Source of the DNA: an uncultured Candidatus Saccharibacteria bacterium | GTDB lineage: Bacteria; Patescibacteriota; Doudnabacteria; UBA920 | Length of the DNA: 64,000 bases | Reading direction: 5' to 3' | NCBI GenBank assembly: GCA_964631145.1 | Contig: CAZVXT010000001.1 | Span: 191,151-255,150 of the forward strand | Part shown: positions 57,631-64,000 of the stretch, piece by piece | How positions within the stretch are numbered: position 1 is the stretch's first letter | Layout: each line of letters starts with the position of its first letter | Made by a program: the position numbers and the translations under genes | Notes under the pieces: model-generated | The model's input: only the letters and a program-made list of their open reading frames with translations | What the model was told of the DNA's origin: nothing | The model's database searches: none

Positions 57631-58101
57631 ATGATACAAGCAGAAGGTCATTGGGTTATGGGAATGGTTGATAAATCCAACAGGATCCCAATTAATATAA
57701 AAGTTCTGCCGAAAGACGGCGGTGGGTAATTCTTCTTAAATGGAGCAAAAACCACACTTAAAGAAAATTGCTTTGAATTAGAAGTTAATCTAATTTATGT
57801 TCAATCGAATGTAGAAGGGCAATTAGCTTACGCTGGCGTATTAAGAAATATTTACTTAACAAATTTTGGCGAAATTGAACGCAATTATAAAATCGTAACA
57901 AATGATAACGGTGTAGCTTCAATCTCATATTCTATAATTTATATTCAGCCAACTAATAATACTTTAGAAGATTTCTTAAATAAATCTTTAAAATTGTTTT
58001 ATCGCGTAGCGGAATATTTAGGAGTAGATCGACAGAGAGTAGAGCAATTTGATTTTAAATCCATAATTGTAGATCAGGCTCAAGCCGCTAGTATTAAATA
58101 A
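57631..58101 (+). pseudogene. Hypothetical gene interrupted by an in-frame TAA (57727..57729) after 32 codons; the same frame continues for 123 more codons
   Basis: Perfect SD GGAGG 8 nt before ATG 57631: MIQAEGHWVMGMVDKSNRIPINIKVLPKDGGG*FFLNGAKTTLKEN...SIK*. Terminator downstream at 58109. Confidence 0.35.
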
Positions 58102-58108
58102 TAATTAA

Positions 58109-58138
58109 ACCCTATATTTATATAGGGTGTTTTATTTT
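58109..58138 (+). terminator. Rho-independent terminator
   Basis: ACCCTATA-ttta-TATAGGGT followed by GTTTTATTTT. Confidence 0.6.
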
Positions 58139-58196
58139 AACTAATTTTAGTAAGTGTATACTTGACACTATTTATAACTTCGTTTAATATAAAAAC

Positions 58197-58898
58197 ATGA
58201 ATAATCAAAATAATCCACAACCTAATGGTAGTCAGTTAAGATTTGCTGTTTTGGCTACAGATGTAACAATATGGACATTATATAATAATGAGCTTTATAT
58301 TAGACTGGTTAATGTAAATTTGCCACCATTCTATAATAATCGAAAAGGCTTGCCTGGTGGATTAATCAAACCAGAAGAAGAAGCTGAACAAGCTGCACAA
58401 AGACTTATTAGTGATAAAGCTGGTTTAGACTTCAAAAAACTATATGCAGAACAACTTTACACATTTAGTACCGTTAATAGAGATCCCCGAGGTAGGGTTG
58501 TATCGGTTGCTTATACTGCTTTTGTACCATGGCAAAAATTATCAGTATCAGAGCAAGGAAAAGGTAATTTGGCTAATTGGTGTAAGTTTTCTGATTTGCC
58601 GCAGCTTGCATATGACCATAATCAAATAATCCAAGTTTCTTTGCAAAGATTACAATCCAAAATAACTTATACTAATTTGATTTCAAAATTGATGCCAACA
58701 GAATTTACTTTAACCGATTTAGAAAAGGCATATGAAATAATTTTGCAAAAACAAATTGATAAACGAAATTTTCGCAAAAAAATCTTAAGCATTAATGTTG
58801 TGTCTCCGTTACAAAAATTTACATCAGGATTAAAGTCTAGACCAGCTCAGTTGTATAAATTTAAAGACAGGAAAATCATTAATATCAATATGGTGTAA
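58197..58898 (+). CDS. NUDIX-domain protein with a degenerate Nudix box (possibly an NrtR-like regulator)
   Basis: GGLIKPEEEAEQAAQRLISDKAGL resembles the Nudix box but lacks the REx2EE glutamates; the size and C-terminal region fit NrtR-like proteins. Weak assignment. Confidence 0.4.
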   Translation: MNNQNNPQPNGSQLRFAVLATDVTIWTLYNNELYIRLVNVNLPPFYNNRKGLPGGLIKPEEEAEQAAQRLISDKAGLDFKKLYAEQLYTFSTVNRDPRGRVVSVAYTAFVPWQKLSVSEQGKGNLANWCKFSDLPQLAYDHNQIIQVSLQRLQSKITYTNLISKLMPTEFTLTDLEKAYEIILQKQIDKRNFRKKILSINVVSPLQKFTSGLKSRPAQLYKFKDRKIININMV

Positions 58899-59063
58899 CT
58901 TAGTGTATAAAGTAAAATAAACACTAACTGTCTATTGATTTAATTGCCAATTTGTTATAAAATAATTGATTATATAAATAGATGCTAGAAGTTAAAAAAT
59001 TAGCTTCATGCATCTGTTTGTATAAAGACAGATACTTTAACAAAATTTTTGGAGGACAAATAT

Positions 59064-59942
59064 ATGTTCGGATATGGTTTTTTAAATATTGAATCTACAT
59101 CTTTGCTTGTAGAAAAATTAGTTAACGGGCAAATTGTTGGGTCTGGTAACGGCGGTAGTTTTTTTGTGAATCCTAAATCAACTTTTCGGGCAATTCCAGT
59201 TACATCTCAAAATGTAAGTTTTAATTTTGAAGAAGCAACACGAGATAGCCAAAAAGTGAGAATTCTAGGTTCTGTTAGCGTTAATTTATTGCCTCAATAT
59301 GCAGTCAAATTGTATGATTTTTCAATAAATAAGAAAAATGGACAATTTTTGCAAGAAGAGCCTCTTCGGGATTTGAAGCAAAACATTTTAGGATTAATCA
59401 GAACTAGTATTAGAGATTCGATTTCCGAAAATTCATTGAATGATCTACTAGTAGATGTCCCGGCTTTTGAAGAACAGCTTAGGGAATTGTTAGCCAAGAT
59501 TGATTTTCAACCAATTGGTGTAACAATGGGGATGTTTACGTTAGATAGTGTTAAAGAATCTAATAATGAAGTTGCTAATGCACGCGAAGCAAAAGCACGC
59601 GAAGAATTTCTAACCACATCTCAACAGGCTATTGCTAAGCGGCGTAGAGAAGCTGCAAAAGATGATCGAGAACTTAGGAGATACGAAGCAGAAACTAATA
59701 AGCAAATGGCTATGGAAGAAGCAGAATTGATTGCTGTTGAAAATGAAAACTTGATTAAACGAGCCGAAGCAGAGGCGAAAGCAAGACAAATTAAACTGGA
59801 ACCGTTTACTAAAATTGAAAGATCTGCCGGGTTCTTATCTGTATTGTCTTCTGCAGCCGAAAATATTGATACTTTAAATATCGGTGCAGATGTTCTGGAG
59901 CAATTCATTGGAAATAAAATTACATCTAAAAACGGGAGGTAG
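59064..59942 (+). CDS. SPFH/band-7 domain protein (flotillin/HflK-like) without an N-terminal TM anchor
   Basis: TGGAGG lies 8 nt before ATG 59064; an SPFH-like core followed by an Ala/Glu/Lys/Arg-rich coiled-coil tail (REAKAREEF...AEAEAKARQ). Confidence 0.45.
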   Translation: MFGYGFLNIESTSLLVEKLVNGQIVGSGNGGSFFVNPKSTFRAIPVTSQNVSFNFEEATRDSQKVRILGSVSVNLLPQYAVKLYDFSINKKNGQFLQEEPLRDLKQNILGLIRTSIRDSISENSLNDLLVDVPAFEEQLRELLAKIDFQPIGVTMGMFTLDSVKESNNEVANAREAKAREEFLTTSQQAIAKRRREAAKDDRELRRYEAETNKQMAMEEAELIAVENENLIKRAEAEAKARQIKLEPFTKIERSAGFLSVLSSAAENIDTLNIGADVLEQFIGNKITSKNGR

Positions 59943-59944
59943 TT

Positions 59945-60868
59945 ATGCCTTTCAAAAGAATCGTTTTAATTACCAAGAAAACCCCGCTCCAGCACTTGCT
60001 AGATGACCTGGGTTCTTTAGGACAAGTTCAATTTTACTTGTCATCAAGAGAAGAAGATATTGCCAGCTACCAAGATTATGATAATAGTTATAAAAAAACT
60101 TTATCCATAATCAATCGGCTATTGAGTAACCAAGAAATTCCGGTATTTTCTCAAGATGTGTCTTTAGTTGATGATGTCACTTTCCGAGACGGAGATCTAG
60201 TTATTGCTACTGGACCAGATGGGTTATGTATTAATATCGCCAAGTATTTAACCACTCAACCTTTATTAGGAATTAACCCTGATAGGACAACAATCGACGG
60301 TGTCTTTGTGAGATATAGTCCTGAAGATTTACAAAAAAACTTCAAGAAAATTTTGAATGAAGAGTATTCCATTGATGAATTGGTATTGGCAAAAGTAACT
60401 ACTAATGAAGGTCAAGAGATGTATGCTGTGAATGATTTTTTTGTAGGAAGAAATGATCAAAAATCTGCTTTCTACAAAATTAATTTTAATGGCAGAGAGG
60501 AAAAGCATTCCTCTAGTGGCTTGATCATTTCTGCGCCCGCTGGTTCTACTGGTTGGTTAAAGTCAATTATGGAAACAGCCTTCTCTTTAGCAAAACGAAG
60601 CCTCGATACTTTAAGTATTTCTACTGCTTGGAATTCTAAAATCTTAACTTTTGTTGTTAGAGAAGCTTTTCCTAGCAGAAATAGCGGCAATAGTATTTTA
60701 TTCGGCAGAATTAATTCGCAGCAAAAACTAGTAGTAATATCCGAAATGCCAGAAGGGGGAGTAATTTTTTCTGATGGCATGGTAGATAAATATATAAAAT
60801 TTAATTCCGGGCTGAAAGCAACTTTTACTGTTGCCGATAAAACCGTAAACTTTATAAGATTGATCTAA
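59945..60868 (+). CDS. NAD kinase-like (ATP-NAD kinase/DAGK_cat superfamily) protein with a variant GGDGT motif (GPDGL)
   Basis: DLVIATGPDGLCINIAKYL...PLLGINPD and DGLIVSTPTGSTAY-like GLIISAPAGSTGWLKS align with NadK motifs. Overlaps the SPFH gene stop by 4 nt. Confidence 0.5.
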   Translation: MPFKRIVLITKKTPLQHLLDDLGSLGQVQFYLSSREEDIASYQDYDNSYKKTLSIINRLLSNQEIPVFSQDVSLVDDVTFRDGDLVIATGPDGLCINIAKYLTTQPLLGINPDRTTIDGVFVRYSPEDLQKNFKKILNEEYSIDELVLAKVTTNEGQEMYAVNDFFVGRNDQKSAFYKINFNGREEKHSSSGLIISAPAGSTGWLKSIMETAFSLAKRSLDTLSISTAWNSKILTFVVREAFPSRNSGNSILFGRINSQQKLVVISEMPEGGVIFSDGMVDKYIKFNSGLKATFTVADKTVNFIRLI

Positions 60869-60882
60869 AGATTTTTAAATTT

Positions 60883-60910
60883 AAGGCTAATATTATTAGC
60901 CTTTTTATTT
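60883..60910 (+). terminator. Rho-independent terminator
   Basis: AAGGCTAATA-tta-TTAGCCTT followed by TTTTATTTT. Confidence 0.65.
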
Positions 60911-60921
60911 TGCACAATTTA

Positions 60922-60948
60922 TTAGCACTCTATTTGACAGAGTGCTAA
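60922..60948 (+). promoter_or_regulatory. CIRCE operator (perfect) upstream of groES
   Basis: TTAGCACTC-tatttgaca-GAGTGCTAA. Confidence 0.9.
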
Positions 60949-60962
60949 TTATTTTTTAATAT
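60934..60962 (+). promoter_or_regulatory. Sigma-70-like promoter overlapping CIRCE (TTGACA, 17 bp, TAATAT)
   Basis: Same architecture as the hrcA promoter. Confidence 0.55.
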
Positions 60963-61040
60963 GAATTTGTATAAAGCCATAAAAGTGGCTATCATAATTA
61001 AGTTAAAATTTGCCCATATGGGCAAAGAAGAAAGGAAATT

Positions 61041-61346
61041 ATGAACGTAAAACCATTAGGAAATAGAATTTTAGTAAAACCGTTAACCATAGAAGAAGTA
61101 ACTAGTACAGGTATTATTTTGCCGTCTAGCGATGATAATAAAAAAAAGTCTCAAGGCGAAATTGTTGCATTGGGTAATGGTAAAGACATAGAAAAACTAG
61201 GTTTGAAAATTGGCGATAAAATTGTCTACGGTAAGTATGCAGGAGATGAGATCGAAGTTGATGAAAATGGATCAAAAGTCGAATATAAAATCTTGAGTGT
61301 TGCTGAAGAGAAAGACGACAGTGAGGTTTTGGCTGTTATAGAATAA
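61041..61346 (+). CDS. groES: Co-chaperonin GroES
   Basis: MNVKPLGNRILVKP...GIILP... mobile-loop and GroES fold; 101 aa. Confidence 0.95.
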   Translation: MNVKPLGNRILVKPLTIEEVTSTGIILPSSDDNKKKSQGEIVALGNGKDIEKLGLKIGDKIVYGKYAGDEIEVDENGSKVEYKILSVAEEKDDSEVLAVIE

Positions 61347-61385
61347 TTACCACTTGGTAAAATATTATACAGAAGTCGGTAGATT

Positions 61386-61469
61386 GATATTATTATAAAC
61401 GAATCGTCTGTGCACAGCTTTCAATTTTTGCGATAGCAAAAATAATGAAAGCGTAGCACAGCAGATGAG
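61386..61469 (-). repeat. Copy B of the ~80-bp hairpin repeat element (inverted relative to copy A), inside the 211-nt groES-groEL spacer
   Basis: Reverse complement ~85% identical to 37822-37900; the core CAGACGATTCGTTTATAATAAT matches CAGAGGATTCGTTTATAATAAT. Forms the hairpin CTGTGCACAGCTTTCAATTTTTGC-gata-GCAAAAATAATGAAAGCGTAGCACAG. Confidence 0.7.
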
Positions 61470-61557
61470 ATTGAATAATATCAATTGGTCAAACTAATGT
61501 ATCACACACTTTTTTATAAATAGAAAACAATTTTAAATACAGAAAGGATTTTATAAA

Positions 61558-63228
61558 ATGGCTAAATTAATTAAAACTGGTTTTGAAGCTAAAAAAGCTT
61601 TAAAAGAAGGAATCGATATTGCGGCAAATGCAATTAAGGTCACCCTGGGTCCAACCGGTAAGGCGGTAATATTGGATCGTGGTTTTGGTAGTCCCACAAT
61701 TAGTGACGATGGTGTGACTGTTGCAAAAGATATTGAGTTAGAAGATAAGTTTCAAAATATTGGCGTCTCTCTAATTCAAGAAGTTGCTAACAAAACCAAT
61801 GATGAAGCTGGTGATGGTACAACAACCGCAACTGTAATTGCTCAAAAAATGATTGAAGAAGCGTTTTTAGAATTAGAACGCAATCAGTATAAAGCGTCAG
61901 ATCTAAAGCGTGGTATGGATAAAGCTGTAAAGTTTGTGGTAGAAGAGTTGCAAAAGACAAAAAAAGAAGTTAGTGGACGAGAAGGTATAGAGCAAGTTGC
62001 AACTATTTCTGCTTTGGATGCAGAAGTAGGTAAGTTGATTGCAGAAGCTATGGAAGAAGTTGGAAGTGATGGCGTAATAACCGTTGAAGAAGGTCAAACC
62101 ATTGGTCTAGAAAAAGAGGTTGTAAAAGGTATGCGTTTTGATCGCGGATTTGTTTCTCCATACATGGTTACAAATAGTGATCGCATGGAAGCAGTATGGG
62201 AAGATCCATATATTATGATTACTGATAAAAAGATTTCTAGCGTTCAAGACGTTTTACCTACGCTAGAAAAAATAGCTCAGAGTGGAAAAAAAGAATTAGT
62301 TATTATTGCGGATGATGTTGAGGGGGAAGCATTAACAACTTTCGTACTTAATAAGCTTCGCGGAACATTTAATGTGTTGGCGATTAAGGCGCCTGGTTTT
62401 GGAGATCGTCGTAAAGAAATGTTGCAAGATATTGCGGTGTTGACTGGCGGCGAAGTAATTACCGAAGAGCTTGGTTTAAAGTTGGATAAGGTTGAGTTAG
62501 AACAATTAGGACGTGCTCGTAAAGTGATTTCCACAAAAGAACATTCTACTATTGTAGATGGCAGTGGGCAAAAAGCTAATATCGATGCTCGTGTTGCACA
62601 GATTAAATCTCAGTATGCAGAATCAAGTTCAGATTTTGATAAAGAGAAACTTAAAGAACGCATGGCTCGTTTGGCTGGCGGGGTAGGTGTGATTAAGGTT
62701 GGTGCATTTACCGAAACAGAAATGAAAGCAAAAAAGTTTAAAATTGAAGATGCTCTTAATGCTACCAGGGCTGCTGTAGAAGAAGGTATTGTTGCAGGTG
62801 GTGGTGCTGCACTTGCAAGGCTTGCACCTGTTCTTGAAAAGGAAATTTCTACAGGTAGTTATTTTGCAGAGAATGAACGTCGCGGAGCTATGATTGTTCG
62901 TAAAGCTCTTGAAGCACCTCTTCGTCAGATTGCAGAAAATGCTGGGGCTGAGCCTTCTGGAATAGTTAATTTTGTTCAAACTTCTGGTATTAACGCTGGC
63001 TATGATTTTTCCGCTTATGATGAGCTTAATTGGCAAAAGGGTGCTAAAGAAGATATGATTGCTTCTGGTATTGTCGATCCTGTTAAAGTAACCAGACTTG
63101 CACTTGAACATGCAACTTCAATTGCTTCTACATTGGTTACAACCGAAACCATTATTACAGATAAGCCAGTAGAAAAAGGAGAAGCTTCTGCACCTGCGAT
63201 GCCAGGCGGTATGGGCGGTATGTATTAA
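61558..63228 (+). CDS. groEL: Chaperonin GroEL
   Basis: Full Hsp60 architecture (AGDGTTTATV; GGG...; C-terminal GGM repeat PGGMGGMY); 556 aa. Confidence 0.97.
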   Translation: MAKLIKTGFEAKKALKEGIDIAANAIKVTLGPTGKAVILDRGFGSPTISDDGVTVAKDIELEDKFQNIGVSLIQEVANKTNDEAGDGTTTATVIAQKMIEEAFLELERNQYKASDLKRGMDKAVKFVVEELQKTKKEVSGREGIEQVATISALDAEVGKLIAEAMEEVGSDGVITVEEGQTIGLEKEVVKGMRFDRGFVSPYMVTNSDRMEAVWEDPYIMITDKKISSVQDVLPTLEKIAQSGKKELVIIADDVEGEALTTFVLNKLRGTFNVLAIKAPGFGDRRKEMLQDIAVLTGGEVITEELGLKLDKVELEQLGRARKVISTKEHSTIVDGSGQKANIDARVAQIKSQYAESSSDFDKEKLKERMARLAGGVGVIKVGAFTETEMKAKKFKIEDALNATRAAVEEGIVAGGGAALARLAPVLEKEISTGSYFAENERRGAMIVRKALEAPLRQIAENAGAEPSGIVNFVQTSGINAGYDFSAYDELNWQKGAKEDMIASGIVDPVKVTRLALEHATSIASTLVTTETIITDKPVEKGEASAPAMPGGMGGMY

Positions 63229-63240
63229 ATATAGATTAAA

Positions 63241-63275
63241 AAAAAGACGTCTCGCGATGGAGGCGTCTTTTTATC
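63241..63275 (+). terminator. Rho-independent terminator after groEL
   Basis: AAGACGTCTC-gcgatg-GAGGCGTCTT followed by TTTT. Confidence 0.65.
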
Positions 63276-63280
63276 AAAAA

Positions 63281-63308
63281 TTAAAAAACCGAACATAAAT
63301 GTTCGGTC
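63281..63308 (-). terminator. Rho-independent terminator for the minus-strand gene 63316..63771
   Basis: ACCGAACAT-aaa-TGTTCGGT, with the plus-strand A-run giving a U-run on the minus strand. Confidence 0.65.
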
Positions 63309-63315
63309 AATGGTA

Positions 63316-63771
63316 TTATGCTGCCATTGCATTAATATCCTGTGGTTTTGCATTATTTTTTACCCACATCGCAACGTTATTAATCTTACTAAAATAAATC
63401 GTTTTAAAATTGGGTAGAGCCCAATCTTTGATTTCTATATCAGTTGCTGTGTTTATAGCTCTGATAAATAATTGTGGCGACGGGTTAGGTTGGTAAAAAC
63501 CTTTGTAAATTTCAAAATGTAATTTTCTAAAAATTGTTTCAAAGTCAAGCTCTTCTATTTCGACAAAAACAACCACGTCTGGTTTATGCTGATCAATTGC
63601 TTGCTCGCACAATTGTAGTATTTGTGTATTTAAAGCAGTGCTTGTTTCTAAAACTTTTTTAGTAAAATTAGATTCCTTTAATTCTAGATGCTCTCGGAGC
63701 CTATTAATTAACCTTTTCGAGATCTGTTTTTCACCTGAACTACTGTTTGGACAGATAATTAAAAAGTTCAT
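63316..63771 (-). CDS. Hypothetical protein
   Basis: AGAGGAGG SD 7 nt before the ATG; 151 aa; no recognisable domain. Confidence 0.45.
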   Translation of the reverse strand: MNFLIICPNSSSGEKQISKRLINRLREHLELKESNFTKKVLETSTALNTQILQLCEQAIDQHKPDVVVFVEIEELDFETIFRKLHFEIYKGFYQPNPSPQLFIRAINTATDIEIKDWALPNFKTIYFSKINNVAMWVKNNAKPQDINAMAA

Positions 63772-63802
63772 AAATTCCTCCTCTTTATTGTAATTTTGTC
63801 TA

Positions 63803-63831
63803 TTGACAAATTATTGTAACATTGATACAAT
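63803..63831 (+). promoter_or_regulatory. Sigma-70-like promoter (TTGACA, 17 bp, TACAAT) facing the right edge of the window
   Basis: Near-consensus hexamers; the downstream gene presumably starts at or beyond the window end (an ATG occupies the last 3 nt). Confidence 0.4.
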
Positions 63832-64000
63832 ATTTTATCAAGGTTTAGATAATCTTTTATTTATGCCTTATATTTCAAGGATTTATTTGATCTTTGCTCA
63901 TGCTCCTAATTTCGGTTACTCGGATTGGGGGCGCTACTAAGTAACCATTTTATAGATTTTTATTACTTCATTTCAGAAGATAATATAGTTCTATAAAATG

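Noticed and set aside
57547-57651. The extended N-terminal start of the methyltransferase
   Set aside because: It has no SD, adds an implausible hydrophobic leader to a soluble SAM-methyltransferase, and would overlap the SD and ATG of the divergent ORF. Met 57546 has leaderless promoter geometry.
61903-63111. Minus-strand ORFs inside groEL
   Set aside because: They are antisense to groEL.
1-64000. CRISPR arrays, integrases, transposases, rRNA
   Set aside because: There are no short direct-repeat/spacer arrays, no integrase or transposase-like ORFs, and no rRNA-like sequence. The only repeats are the 80-bp hairpin element (2 copies), the tRNA 5' duplicate and the CIRCE sites.

Overview
This is a low-GC (about 35%) bacterial chromosomal segment with densely packed, short genes. 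Most genes carry a GGAGG Shine-Dalgarno, and TGA, TAG and TAA all act as stops, so it uses the standard genetic code. The gene content is streamlined and resembles Candidate Phyla Radiation / Saccharibacteria-like genomes, although that assignment is an inference. Recognisable genes include uvrC and uvrA, and a heat-shock regulon (hrcA-grpE-dnaK-dnaJ plus groES-groEL) in which hrcA and groES each sit behind a perfect CIRCE operator. There are also secG, topA, pth, der, an LCP protein, lepB, a pair of HisRS-like genes (one canonical and one degenerate), a HIT protein, rpsU and a YqeY protein. Cell division is represented by ftsA-ftsZ, and DNA uptake by a type IV pilin, dprA and comEC. The remaining housekeeping genes are a cyclophilin, ndk, a RelA/SpoT homologue, mutM, NUDIX proteins, CapA, an RND transporter and tRNA-Lys(UUU). 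I found no CRISPR array, integrase or transposase. The unexplained content is mostly non-coding. An 80-bp long-hairpin repeat is present in two inverted copies, one in the groES-groEL spacer and one in the pth 5' region. A promoter-to-terminator unit of about 200 nt upstream of an orphan gene looks like a structured small RNA or leader. A GC-rich structured insertion splits dnaK from dnaJ. A 31-bp perfect palindrome lies upstream of dnaK. The 5' end of tRNA-Lys is partially duplicated. Three ORFs are interrupted by in-frame stops. At least seven genes have a -10 hexamer exactly 6 nt before the ATG, which is leaderless-mRNA geometry. Protein-level oddities are a MutS ATPase-only paralog next to uvrA, a catalytically degenerate HisRS paralog with a Zn-ribbon next to a HIT hydrolase, a thioredoxin-fold protein lacking CxxC, and clusters of small orphan proteins.
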